Assembly (NCBI GenBank): GCA_047495785.1 | Contig: JBLDXI010000010.1 | Coordinates: 2,108,001-2,172,000, forward strand | DNA length: 64,000 nt | Origin: Lepidodermella squamata | Lineage: Eukaryota > Animalia > Gastrotricha | Direction of reading: 5' to 3' | Shown here: positions 1 through 12,586 of the stretch, piece by piece | Numbering within the stretch: position 1 is the first letter of the stretch | Layout of the letters: every line of letters starts with the position of its first letter | Notes under the pieces: model-generated | The model's input: the letters and a program-made list of their open reading frames with translations, nothing else | What the model was told of the DNA's origin: nothing | Databases searched by the model: none | Position numbers and translations under genes: made by a program

Positions 1-1
1 T

Positions 2-202
2 GGCTCTGAGATTCCGTTTCATTTCATCAGTTCGCGGGCTATTGATGAAATCGTCAAAGGCGTTGATGCTAGCCAACGCAAATGGCCGCCGTTGGATGAG
101 GAGAAGCTGGTGAAGACGTTGTACGAAGGGCTCAAGAGAGACGGGGCTTTGAGAAGTATTGAAAACTTCAGTCTTCCTCGGCTTCTTGCTCCGGAAAACT
201 AA
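2..202 (+). CDS. IRG-like GTPase type A, 3' end only (copy A0, cut by window start)
   Basis: Reads GSEIPFHFISSRAIDEIVKG...LPRLLAPEN*; nearly identical to the 3' end and 3' UTR of the gene at 10944-11921. Confidence 0.85.
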   Translation, partial: GSEIPFHFISSRAIDEIVKGVDASQRKWPPLDEEKLVKTLYEGLKRDGALRSIENFSLPRLLAPEN

Positions 203-997
203 TTCAAGCGATTGACTTGTGACTTTGAAGGTCATGTTATGAGACCTATTGATTCATTTTTCGTTTCATTACTTGGGCGTTTCTGTTCACTTTAATCTTG
301 AATGTTTCAATAAAAATTGCAAGTCTGTCTCATTCTGATTTGTCTTTCTTTAATCAATCTGGCAGATGGAGTCTTGAAAGTAAATTGAACACCTTTTGGC
401 AGTTAGACGTTGTGAAAATTACCAGAATTTTATTAGATATTAATAGAATGATGAGAAATTCAGTTAATATTCAGTTGGCCATGTTTGAGGTTTTTGAAGT
501 GCAAATCGCGTATCGTTTTACGACTAATTTCACGAATACTTTAGAAAATTGACTCAGAACTTGGCATAAAAGATAGCAGCTAGTACTAAGCCTCAACTAA
601 ACAGTAGAATTTCTGCGCTGATTGGGCAATCGATCGCTGAAGAACAGCTGCTTCAAAATACAAACTTTCAATTAAAGCGCTTCGGACCCGCGAAGATCAA
701 CAAAGATCCGCACGATGGCATACTCGATGCAGCAGGTGCTTGAAAACTACAGCTGTTCATCTCTGTTTAAGTTATTGATACAAATTTTAAACAACCGGCT
801 TCATTCCACAGGGTTTATTCCTTCATTTTTTGGACAATCATAGCTTCAAGAAAAGGAAAACCATCACGTTCAATATCAATGAACTGACGTTGGCAGTTGG
901 CACCGTAATTTCATACCCAAAAGTCAACGCAGAACTGGCTTGGAAGATGAGCTATTTCAAAGCAGGGGCTAAGCAGACGAGTTGATAAGAATCACTC

Positions 998-1892
998 TTA
1001 CATCTTACATGCTGATGCTGACGCGGACAGATCGAACTCATCGATGGAGACTTCTCTGTTCCTGAGAGCTCCCTCGACCAGAGTCTGTAGGAACAACTGC
1101 TCGTCGATGATCGGGTACTGCGGATCGGCTGTGGTTTCGAAATCCATCATTCGCCTCAACGCGCGGCCGCTGAGGTAGTAGAACTTCACCGAGCACAGTC
1201 CGTTCTCGAAAAGCTGGCCATCGTAGCCAGATTTTACTCGATGCACGACATCATTCACTAAGCGCTGGCGAGTTTGTTCGTCAAGGTCGGACAATTTCTT
1301 CCCATCATATTTGTCGAAAGCTTCATTATCAAAATCGATGTCAGATTTTGTTACGACATATATGTATTCCTGGCCCATTTTCTTAGCCTGAAGGCCGTAA
1401 TCGATATCGAACTGTGTCAGCCGGTTGCCAGTCACGATGATCAAAGTCCATGAAGTAATAGCTATCTGGGTAAGGCGCTGGCTTTATTGTGCATTCGACA
1501 ACGCTCACGTTAGACTTTGCGCCTCGAACCAGCGCATTGATAAGGGACGACTTGCCAACGCCGGCTTGCCCGATGATTGCAAAGTTGAAGTCGTCGAGAT
1601 TTAGGCGGACATCTTTCGACTTATGCTTGATTTCCGCCTCCATTCGCTTGCGCTTCGCCTCTTTCTCAGCTTCGATGCGTTGCTTTTCTTCGAGCATCTT
1701 TCGCTTCACAGCTTTGCCGGTTTCAAGTGCCATGTTGTTTTGCAGTTGGGATATTTGGGCTTGGAGTGTTTCAAGTATTTTCTAGTAACAAAGGTCACAA
1801 TAATTTGGAAGAAATTCTTGACATCATACCGAAATCTCCGGCGGGATTTGATATTCACTGACTTGACGGCGGCTTCCGAAAATATTACCCAT
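998..1892 (-). pseudogene. Chimeric IRG-like pseudogene: type A 5' half joined to type B 3' half
   Basis: Exon 1 1892-1830 (MGNIFGSRRQVSEYQIPPEIS), 48 nt GT-AG intron, exon 2 from 1781 with A-type G1 GQAGVGKS. Switches near 1460 to B-type YFMD..IIVTGNRLTQFDIDYGLQAKKMGQE. The G3 (DxPG) segment is missing and there is a frameshift near 1445. Confidence 0.8.
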
Positions 1893-3883
1893 GATAATAG
1901 AAATCTAATTTAAACTGAAAAAGGTTTGGAAATTATTGCAGAAGACATTGCAGAAATTATGAGCCGATTTCGATAGCAATAGTAAAACCAGTGCTAAAAT
2001 AGTTTAGCTCAGTAACTTAAGTTGCATACAGGGGGAGCCTGGATTTTATGGGCAATCCATCGTTAAATTGCTGGCTTGGATCGAAGTAAATTCGAATTTT
2101 GTAATACAATATGTTTCATTCCATTTATTACAATCAATGGAGTAGATGAAATAACTGACGCTATGCTTCCGTCGAATATGAATTACACACAATCCATTAA
2201 TACAAACGTTCAAGAGGTGAAGCAATCGCGTGCCAGTCCATAATCAATGGCATCGCTAGCACCACTAAGTATCAGGATACATACTTATAACATTTAAACC
2301 GCTGCGATCAGGGTCTAGATATTAGCAACAGCAACCCGCAACCAGCCGTTTCACATTGATTCAGAGCTAACATTTTCAGATCATTTTCAGTCTCTCACAG
2401 CGATACTAAACGAGGTGACATCATTAGCCTACGCTTCCTGGGACTTACCAAGGGCTCTGGGTGAACAGATGAGATCACTGATGTATATTACAAGAGAGTA
2501 CAACGAAGGTGCCCCTCGAAACCTTCCCCCACTCGTAGAAAATGGAACTAATGGCATCCAACCAGGGAGTGATAAGAGTCTCAAGGCAATAAGTATCGGC
2601 TCCCACGCGCCGGAGAATTGAGAACTCGGCGGTTATGGGAGTTGAACAAACTCAGTACTCAGTTCGTTGCAGATCGTGTTCGGACGCGACAAACTGCCCG
2701 CGATAGCAGCCTAAGAGCCTAAGAGCGACAGATTGGGTTTTAAAAACTGATAGAATAACCCGTGAGCAACATCGACAGTCAGCGGGCCACGCAACAAAAT
2801 GAGAATTTATCCCACTGTTACGATTAATTTGAGAGGTTTTGGAGCGTTTTGTAATGTTCTCTCGCTTTTAGTTGAAATGACTAGAGATGAAATTAGAGGA
2901 TTGACTGTCCCAATCATCTCATTTTAGTTTTTAATTTACTTATTACTTCCAAGTTCCAAGTATAAAATAGGCTCTGTGTGTTGCGCCCGCGGAATTCTTA
3001 AAATCGCCGCGGTGGTGCGCTGCGGAATAATGCGCGAGTGCGCGCGATTGTTTACCTTTCTGCTTAATAGTGTGCAAAGGTGCGGTGTTAAGACTTTTGA
3101 CGCGGAAACCACTATTCGCGCCGCGGAAAAATTTAAAAATAGACGCGGAAAGTAGCGATGAATCCGCGGAATTAAATCCATTAATCAGAATAACTTGGCG
3201 GCTGGTTTTTTTTGCAAAAATCATCCACTGACCACAACCACTTCGTCACGTTAGCTAAACGCGGCTGATAGCAAACCGCTAGCACCTAGCGACTGGTATT
3301 AAAGCTCTATAATGGGCTAACTTTTTCGCGCAATGTCGGCCAGATATGCCGTAAAAGGGATGTTCGCTATCGGTGCGCATGAACTGGGTGTTCGGCGGCT
3401 GCGTACCTATGGGACTCGAAATGAGTTTATACCGGACTGCGCACGAGGGTGGCTATAGTAACACCGAAACAACCGCCCATTGCTAGCTCCTAGCACCTAA
3501 TCGGGGTGGTTCGATAACCACTGAGACTGAGCCGAGCCATTTTACGACCCGTGTTACTCAGCTCTTTCCAAACGCTGGACGCTATTCCCCCGCCGACCCA
3601 TTACAACATGTAGCAGTCAATTTCTTGAAAAACCGCGTTCGAATGAACCCTCTCCGTGCGCAGTTGTCACATTTTTATTGCCCTTATTGCAGGTCTGCAA
3701 GGCGCTCGCTCTCAAAAGCGGTGTTAATCCGCTAATCCCTAATCCGCGTCTCAAGAGTTCCGCCCCTCTTCGCCGCCCTAGCCCTCTGTATTGCGCTGTT
3801 GACGTGACTCGCTACCTCAGGACACCCGCCGGTCACCAGTCACCTGTTGGGTCAGGTCACCGGTCTGGTACTAGTCGTGAGAC

Positions 3884-4039
3884 CATGAGACGTACCAGGA
3901 CGCCGAGGCTTGATAAAAGGGGCAAAAAACATCAGCTCGTGCCTCAAATCAATGCGACGAGCTCATGAATAATCCGTTTCGCTTTACACAGATTTTATTA
4001 TAGGAGATTCGAAGCCTCGGCGTCCTGGCACGTCTCATG
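3884..4039. repeat. Small inverted-repeat element (MITE-like)
   Basis: catgagacgtaccaggacgccgaggctt ... aagcctcggcgtcctggcacgtctcatg, ~28 bp inverted arms. Confidence 0.5.
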
Positions 4040-5142
4040 TTCGCGGCCGGTCAGCCGCTGCCGATTGACCGGTTTTCAACCGAAATATGTCACAAAACTC
4101 AGAAATTTTATAAATCGCGTCTTTTGTTTACTATTAGCGTCTTTTGACCGCGCGCACTCACCGATTTCAGCGGGAAGCGATTAAATAAGCGCGGCGGATT
4201 AACATTTTGACCGCGCCTTCACAAATTCGCGGCGCGCGCACAAATTCCGCGTCATTTTACACATTTCAGCGTCGTGTTTACTTTGGGCGTATAAAATATA
4301 TTATTTGCTTTCAGAGTGGAACCTTTCCTATTACTGCTGGCTCAATGAACCGTCCTGTGAATCACGCAATAAGGACCTAATTCGACGATAAACTCGAAGT
4401 GAGGGATAGGTAATTCTAATCCCATGATTGCGAATTTGGAATCAGCGCAAAAAATTGGCCTAGGGTGACGTGTTGCGATCCTTTATTGTACAAAAAAAAA
4501 TGTATAACCTATAATTGCACCAATTAGGCTAATTGCTATCTTCTGCTATAAGCGGAAGCAGATATCAACAAATGTCCCTCTACAAAAAGTTTCCTCGTCC
4601 CGAAATTGCCCCTTCGAGGTTATAGGGGGAAAATCCATGAAAAAGACGCTCCTGAAGCAATCATTTTTAGTTTTTTTATAATTTCGATAATTGATAGGGG
4701 TAAACCGGAAGTGACAAAGCCAAAAACCGGAAGTTGCATTTGAACCATAAATATCGATGCTAAAGAGAGTTTAAAAGGGCCCAGGGGGTAATTAGTACGT
4801 AGATTTCAAATTTCGCATCGTTTTTTCCAGCAGATTTTTCGAAATCGGTGCAAATGGATGATTTTGGATCGGTGATACAAAAAATATGCTTGCGTCACAC
4901 AATTGGGGTGAGGGGTGACTACGCACGAATAAATGTACCAGCACAATCGACCTTCTCCAAATTTTTATCTAGCGATAAGGCACGTCTCATTTAATGACGC
5001 TTCGGTTGAATTGGCCGTAAAGTTTCTCAGTTACCCATCGGGTAGCAAGCAACTTTGCCGACCAATCATATAGACATATCAGCAATTATCGCATGACGTA
5101 TTACTTTATTTTCTTTTTACGAAATAGTTTTGGGTACAAAAA

Positions 5143-8100
5143 TCACATCATAGTTGTTATCCAGATGCTTGATTTCCTCCTTGGCGAAGATTGCCTTCGA
5201 GTTGGCAAGCGGCCCGACCAGTGCACAGCTCTAGGAATAGGCGGCGGAGGAGTTGGGGGCTGCCGTAGATGCATTACAACAGCAACTTCATTGAAAGCAA
5301 CGTAAACGATTGACGCGCAGGCTACGGCTGTGGTCACGTGACTCGCGTTTGACCATCAATGTAGCAGGGCGATGAGGAGGGCAGCCGAGATGACACCGCA
5401 GCTGCAAAGCGCAAAACAGCCAACCAACGTGACGTTTAATGGAATTCTGAAAATGTCCAGAATAACCGTAAGATTCAGATTCAGAAAGCGAACTGAAATC
5501 GACTGATGTATTATAAATTATGAACTTCTTAACTCAATAACAATTATGACCTCTGTGTTTTTTTTACAGTATCGATTGCCCCCTTCCCATGTCGGAAATC
5601 CGTAGGCTGAGTTAGAGTTGAGGAGACGATTTTTTTTACCAATTCTCCCCAAACCGGCCTATGACACTTGCCTATGACACTTGCGAGCCTATGACACTTG
5701 CGACAAATTGGACCCAAGATTTTGAAAAACTCTCACTCGGCCAACGGATTTCCGACTAGGTCTATGGATCCCTATTACATTCTCCATGTTTTAAATATCC
5801 CTCGTATCCTAAAATCCACTAAAAAGATGAATTAGAATCAATTTCTAATAGAATCAAAGCGGTAAGTACTTGAGCCCTTGATCAGCTTCACTCACCTTTG
5901 AGTTATGTCCGCGTGATTTGACTGATGTGACAGCTACAACGACTAGATAAATCACCAGGAAGCAGTGTAAGATGGCCGAAGTAGCAAATAGAGCAAGAGC
6001 CGTCCTTGAAAAAGCCAAATTCGCAGTCGATTCGGTACGACTCCACCGCCCACCTACCCTCCACTGTGTCAGCGAATTCATTGCGCAGAATGACCTCATG
6101 GAGGCGAGTTGGCGAAACGCCTAGAGCAGTGCCAATGAAAACCAAGTGCAAAGTCGTCCAAGAGCAGGAGACTCCGGATGATCTCATAATAAGTGATACA
6201 TTTGGCTGCCTCGAACTAAGTGAATAAGCTACGGCCGATGTAACCATCGAAAAACCTGCTGACCAAAGCAACACCATAGCCTTACAGCTTTGCACGCTTG
6301 AAGAACCACTCAAGGGAATGATGAGTATGTGCAAGGTGATCAGAATATCGCCTAGCAGCATGAATTTTACAGGCCAAGTAATACGGGTTCTGAAAAGACT
6401 CCATTTTCTCAAAAGAAATGTTAACACTGCTAAACACGCCAGAGCCGAGCTAATTGCTGAGAAAGGTATTAGGATAGTTTCTTACATTCTGTTACAATTA
6501 ACCCTGTGCTTACCTTTCAACGTTGCATTCACAGCTGGAGACAATGGGTTCTCCAGGCTTCTGGTAATGCGAATCATATCCACAGGAGGGACATTTCCTT
6601 TTGTTCGCCAGTTCATAGCTGACGGTCTAAGGGCTATTGCGCGGCTTTTGTTGTGACTGGGAGACGAGATTGCCACGAGCTCGTTGGTGGTGTGATTGCC
6701 CATCACGCGTGTTTGACTGAATCCCACTACGAACATGGTTTTATTAAATTCGTAGTTCAGCATGACTTCTTTCATTATGTCTACAACGATAGAACCTCGA
6801 GTGTGTAGTTTTTGGTCATTAACGAACAAATCCGATAGCGTTTCATTGCCTGTAAAAACATATACATAATGATTGCAGAGCTAAACATTTGATTAGTTTC
6901 ACGATTGCTGAGAGCTGCTTCCGTTGCGTTGAGGATGATTCCAGTGGCTAAGGCCTGGTCGTAGCAAATTCGCAATATTCGTATCCGCGTGACATTTGAG
7001 GGTTACCGATATTATCTGCTAAAATCGATTGAAGTTCTTGCAGAGTTTTCTCGAAGCGCGTTGCCAACGTTGGAGTCTGAAGTCATGTCGGTGAGCCGGA
7101 TAACGCTTTCTAATGCCTACAAAAGGTAGGATGAGTAAAACATCTAGCATCAGGTATTAACGCACTTTTAGCACCATGTGCATCTCACACTAATCGGCTT
7201 CCTCAGGGATGATGGGTGGGCTGCCGATGTTGTCCCAATTCGGTAGTAGAAACACATATTTCGGACCAAATAACCCGTTTTTATAAAGCAGACATAGCGT
7301 TAGTGCGTTATTGAAGGTATTCACGACAATAATCCTAGGATCGTGCGACTTGAATTGCTCCAGGGATAGATATTCGTCGCTGAGATAAAAATTGACCTTT
7401 TCTTGGTATAGAAGGCGAATCCCAACGGTCTTAAAATGTTGCGAAAAGTAGGTATCCATCTGAAATTGAAGGCTTCGATTCGGCTGATTGACATGATTAA
7501 TTGTGAAACTAACCACAGTTGAATAAGGATTTGTTTCTGAGATGATCGCCACATGATACCAGTTCATATTCTTCATGAATTGCGACAAAGCCAGCGAGTA
7601 GCAGTCAGGAGTATCCCCAATGGCGAAAAAATTCGCAAATTTCTTTCGATCTGTCAAAACTTCAAAGGTGACAGGGTAGATCGACAGCTGAAACAATCAT
7701 CTATAGTGAAGAATGCATTGGTGTACGAAATCTTAACCAACGCCTACGAAATTGAACTGATTTAGCATCCTTGCAGTAAGGCTCTGTGTTTGAGGGCTGC
7801 ATTCAGTCAGCACGGCGAATGGAAAGCGGTTTTCGACATTTCCGCTGTTGAGGATTCGAGCCGTAAATTCCTAATGCATCGTCACACTTGAAAATGGAAG
7901 ATGATATTTTATATAGCGCTTCTGCTTTTTGGATAAATTGTTAAGGTCTCCTACGATACTCGAATCCTACGTCGTAACGAGGTAGCCAGTTGGGTAGCTT
8001 CCTCAGGTTCTCTTATGCTGTTTGGTAGGCTACTGTACATAGAGGCCCGGCTGGGAAGAAGCCTGAGTAGGTAACACTTGCTAGCACTTTAAGCAGGGTT

Positions 8101-8222
8101 CGACTTGAATTGGTTCGAGGCAGACCTACCAGCTCAGGTATTGACTCATCAATACTTCGTTTCGCTGATACGTGGGCAATAATTAGGAAGAGACAGAATA
8201 CAACTTCTGTCCGTATCATCAT
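5143..8222 (-). pseudogene. Class C GPCR (GABA-B receptor-like, Venus-flytrap plus 7TM), multi-exon, probably pseudogenised
   Basis: Signal-peptide-like start MMIRTEVVFCLFLIIAHVSA; GABA-B-like segments LTDRKKFANFF, MNWYHVAIISE, DPRIIVV, LYKNGLFGPKYVFLLPNW; hydrophobic TM segments at 5900-6520 and 5250-5450. In-frame TAA at 8013 inside homologous sequence (YQTA*ENLRKLPNWLPRYDV) and another stop near 5355. Confidence 0.7.
5591..5757. mobile_element. MITE within the GPCR locus
   Basis: Inverted ends gtcggaaatccgt.ggc / gcc.acggatttccgac; internal cctatgacacttg x3. Confidence 0.55.
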
Positions 8223-8470
8223 GTCAGTATCATGACCGTATCATGCCAGTATATCGGAGACGACCTAAAAAGGCTTCAACATTGTTTGCTTCAAAAATTG
8301 AGCGCGAAGATAGTAGAAACAAGCACCTAAAACTCGTTAGGCTAGAAATTACAATCTATATGATGACTTCATAATATATTTCCAGCTGAGAGCGAAGTAG
8401 GATAAGGAGGTTAGGATATAAGGAAAATCGGCAAAAAAGTCTTTCCCTTTGGTCTTATACCGAGTTCACC

Positions 8471-8666
8471 TTAGCATGTCGTAGTTTTATTTATATAGGC
8501 CCTCCGCCGGCCGGCGCTATAGGCACATATGGTTAACATCAGAGCATGAACATATATTGCCCCCATGCTATTTAGGGCTCGTAACATTAATAAATTGAGC
8601 GTGATCATAGGCAGTTCATATTTTGCAGTTTTATGTTATATTATTTTTGTTTTTCAGATTTTTGTC
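8471..8666 (+). repeat. Dispersed repeat; inverted copy at ~59830-60026
   Basis: ~195 bp shared sequence (ttagcatgtcgtagttttatttatataggccctccgccggccggcgctatagg...) in opposite orientation at the two sites. Confidence 0.7.
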
Positions 8667-8825
8667 GATTTTTTGCGGCTTTTTGTGCGTTTTTGTAGTA
8701 AAGTAGAAAAAGCGATCGTGAGTTCGGGCTCGTTGCACCAATTGCACAGGTCTGAAAAATATCGAGGTTTGTTAGCGGCAATTAAGGGGCTTACGGGCAG
8801 GGCAGGGCTGTTCCAGCTCATTAAG

Positions 8826-9021
8826 ACAAGGCTCAGGTTCAGAAAGGCTCAAGGCTCAAGGGTCAGGCTCATGACGGCTCAGGCTCAGGCTCAGGCTCAG
8901 GGCTCTGTAAGGCAAGGCAGAGATAAATTCATTAACGGTTAGCTTACGTATTATTTGACTCGAGAGGGCTCAGGAGGGCGAGGATCACAAGGGCGGCTCA
9001 GGAGGGCGAGGATCACAAGGG
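8826..9021 (+). repeat. (GGCTCA)n-like simple repeat plus 27 bp tandem duplication
   Basis: ggctcaggctcaggctcaggctcag; ggctcaggagggcgaggatcacaaggg twice. Confidence 0.7.
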
Positions 9022-9459
9022 CCTTGCAAACCGATTAAACTGGTTGGGATGATCCCTACTATCCTTCTCTTCAATGCCATCATTCGCTTGTCCCCAGCAC
9101 CTTCGTTGTGACGTTAACGAACATTTGAAAATGTCGCTAAAATTAAAAACCTTCAAAACAACTCGGGCAAAAGAAAGCACCGGATTTCACAAGTTCACAA
9201 GTTCACAAGAAAATGCTATTTTCGCCGTGTCGAGGGCGTTACTTTGCGTAATTGTTTATGGGTGCTACTCGAAGAGATTGACCTTCAGAATTTATTAGAT
9301 TCTAGTATCAATTGATCCCGAAAAAATAAACCGTAAATGTTGAATAGCAGCCCGGGCCTATAAATTTTGAACCCGTGAAAATTAAAAAATCTCTAAAATT
9401 AAATAGTGGGGTAGCCGTAATTTTGATGTATTTGGGCCCTGTCCGTCCAAGCTGAGCCA

Positions 9460-10290
9460 CTAAATGATTCTGGGCTTCTGTTCTATGAAGACCGCTCGAT
9501 TCTGGCGAGCTCCCTCGACCAGAGACTGCAGGAACGCCTGTTCATCGATCAGCGGATACCTCGGCACGGATCCAGCTTCGAAATCCAACATTTGTTGCAA
9601 CACATGGCCGCTGAGGTAGTAGAACTTCGCCGAGCCAAGTCCATTCTCACCGAGCAAGCGTTCGTGATCAGTTTTAACAAGTTGTGCGACATCATTCTTC
9701 AAACGCAGGCGGGTTGGTTCGTCAAGTTCGGAAAACTTCTTCCCACCATGTTTTTCGTACGCCTCGTTGTCAAGTCGGTATCAGACTTCGAGCGAACGAA
9801 AATGCACTCCTGGCCCATTTTCTTAGCCTGGAGTCCGTATTCAATATCGAATTGCGTCAGACGGTCCTTGGTAACAACGATCAACGCGTCCATGAAGTAC
9901 AGGAAATTGTCGAGGTAGTACTTGCCAACTGGATGCTTCGGGGTCATGGCTCCAGGGTGGTCCCAGAAAACCTTGCGCCGAAGCTCCTCCTGTGCGAGTT
10001 TTCGCTCAACTTCCAAAGCAGCTAGCTTCTTCTGTTTCTCCTCTTGAAGCTTCTTCGCAACTTCCTCATCTGTCGACACCTGCAACTTCAACTGCAGTTG
10101 ATTCAATTGTTGCCGCATTTCCATGAGTAGCGGCGTCATATCCTGTACATTTACACATCGAAACATTTGCTTGCGGAAAAAAAAGAATAAGACTTGCCAC
10201 AACTTGAACTGGGGCTTGAGATTCCGACTTGGGCGCAAACAAGCTGCATATTTCCTTCACCACCATTGCCGGGACGATAAATTCCGCCAT
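9460..10290 (-). pseudogene. IRG-like GTPase type B pseudogene (B1)
   Basis: Exon 1 10290-10198 (MAEFIVPAMVVKEICSLFAPKSESQAPVQVV) with GC donor. Exon 2 has an in-frame 57-codon deletion removing G1 and switch I (LRRK|VFWDHPG), a 1-nt frameshift near 9770 and a truncated C-terminus. Confidence 0.8.
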
Positions 10291-10943
10291 TTCAGAGTCT
10301 AAGATAAAAAAATGGGTATATGTTAAAACAGTTTAATTGAATAATGTGAACGACATTTAGCTTAATAATAATCCTCTGAATGTCCTAATAATATCAGCAA
10401 ATGCAAATGGTCGCAGAAGTAAGGGGAGGGAATATAAAAGAGGAGAAAAGAGTAGCATTCGAAAATTACATAAAAACACAATTTCAATGAAAGAAAATCG
10501 TACAATTGTAATTGCATTCCGCGCGATATCTTCGATTAGAAGTCCTGGCAGATGACAGATGAATCATATTAGTTCGTGACTTTTATCGCGCGCACGCGAC
10601 CGCTTCAAGGCTCCATATTTTGCTTGAAAAGCTGCGTGATTCATATTGCAGCACCTCATGGCGCAGCGCGGCTATATATCATCCACCCAGTCAATCGTAT
10701 CTTTCTCAAAAATATGTCTTGGCTTTTGACTTTTTCTGATTAAAACCCCTTAGACATCGAAGGTTTAACAACGCCAAAGCGCGGGCCCCTATGTTGAAAA
10801 CTTAGGCTAGTACCAAGCCAGATGATCTGAAATTAGGCTTTGCTATAGCCAGCCAAATCTTGTACTAATTTATTTTTTCATATTCGAAATGTTTCTTGTA
10901 TCTTAGGTATTTGACTTTGATTTATTGATCTTCATTCATCATC

Positions 10944-11921
10944 ATGGGTAATCGCGAAAGCACACATGTCGAGTATCGAATCCCGGCAGAATTTTGGGTA
11001 TGCTTCCCAATGCTTTCTTTACAATTGCCTTACTTTTTATACTAGGAATTGCTGCAAAAGCAGCAAGCTGTATTAACGCAACTGCAAACCAACATCACAC
11101 AAGAAATCGACAAAGCTAAGAAGCAAGCGCTGATCGAAGAAAAGCAACGCCTCGAGGCCGAGAAAGAGGCGAAGCGTAAGCGAATGGAGGAGGAAATCAA
11201 GCGAAAAGCGAGAATCTTTGGCATCAATCTCGACGACTTCAACTTTGCAATCATCGGAACAACCGGCGTTGGCAAGTCGACCCTAATCAACGCGTTGGTT
11301 CCGGGCGCGAAGGCTCACGTGAGCGTCGTCGAAGGCACAATGCGACCGACACCTTACCGCAGCCGCAACGTCGTGCTTTGGGACGTTCCTGGTTCGGCGA
11401 CAAAGAAACATCCGGTTGCCAATTACTACGCTGACAACTTTCTGTACCTGATGGATTCGCTGATCATTGTGACTGGCTTTCGTTTGTCCGAATTCGATGT
11501 TGAGTTTGCGAAAGAAGCGATCCGACATGGCCAGAGGGTTGTTTTCGTGAGATCGAAGGCTGATGTGGATCTAGCCAATGATTACTACGTCAAGGAGGAG
11601 AAATATTGGGAAGACTGCCCGGCCAACGACCGAAAACGTGTAGCCGACGCCGTGAGCAGTGAAATTCGAGACAACTACACACGCCAATTTCAGGAATTTG
11701 GCGTTGCGAATATGCAGGATGGCTCTGAGATTCCGTTTCATTTCATCAGTTCGCGGGCTATTGATGAAATCGTCAAAGGCGTTGATTCTAGCCGACGCAA
11801 ATGGCCGCCGTTGGATGAGGAGAAGCTGGTGAAGACGTTGTACGAAGGGCTCAAGAGAGACGGTGCTTTGAGAAGTATTGAAAACTTCAGTCTTCCTCGG
11901 CTTCTTGCTCCGGAAAACTAA
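10944..11921 (+). CDS. IRG-like GTPase type A (A1), 2 exons: 10944-10997, 11046-11921
   Basis: MGNRES start (N-myristoylation consensus MGxxxS); coiled coil; G1 GTTGVGKS, VVEGT, G3 WDVPG, G4 RSKAD; motif order and spacing match IIGP1/Irga6 (VVEVTM..HPY, FWDLPG, FVRTKVD); 48 nt phase-0 GT-AG intron. Confidence 0.88.
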
Positions 11922-12586
11922 TTCAAGCGATTGACTTGTGACTTTAAAGGTCATGTTCCGAGACCTATTGATTCATTTTCGTTTAAATTACATTACTTTG
12001 TCGTTTCTGTTCACTTTAATCTTGAATGTTTCAATAAAAATTGCAGGCTCGCCTCATTCTGATTTGTTTTTCTCAAATCTTTTGTGTTCAACTAATTTAC
12101 AGAGGGAATTATAGTGGACACCTTCCCCTTCTGCCAAGAGTGAATTCATAAGAATTTGATTTAGCACCGAATTAAAGACTTAGTGGAACCAGTGAATCCA
12201 CAATTTCCTGATTGGCTGGCTGGTTTAAAAGCTGATTGGTTGGATCAAAAAGCGCGCCACGCGCCATTTTTTTTTTCCCGTGATCACACGTTTCAATAAA
12301 TGTTTCATTAAATATTTTACTTCTTGTTAATTTCGGTTCTTTCACGTCACATTTCCATTATAACTCATTTTTTACCAATTCAGTGTAGAAGATGGACATT
12401 TTGCCGAAAGGGGGATATAGGTAAGGGTCCCCCCTTATATCGCTCAAATTTCCGCAGGGGCCAGGGAAAAAACAAAAGGGTCCCCCCTGTGGTTAGCTTT
12501 CGAGCCCGACGGCTCGAAGCAGGGACAGTCCCCCCCGTCCCCCCCGCCATCTTCGACACTGTACCAATTGCAACCACGCCAGTTTT

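Noticed and set aside
2960-4298. Possible element bounded by the 10-bp direct repeat gtataaaata
   Set aside because: AT-rich repeat with no matching TIRs or coding capacity; boundaries cannot be supported
8565-8942. 125 aa ORF with a paralogous ORF at 59722-59931
   Set aside because: The similarity comes from a dispersed non-coding repeat and a GGCTCA microsatellite
11042-11954. Antisense ORFs overlapping IRG genes (also near 25615-26527, 32562-33344, 46855-47506, 53119-54072, 56326-56637)
   Set aside because: Shadow frames of the real genes; they recur only because the genes are paralogous
12179-12215. Full 12/23 RSS architecture in the RAG-like TIRs
   Set aside because: Only a 5/7 heptamer resemblance. 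The best nonamer-like match (acaatttcc) is at a 14-bp spacing and the two ends are symmetric, so no RSS claim is made
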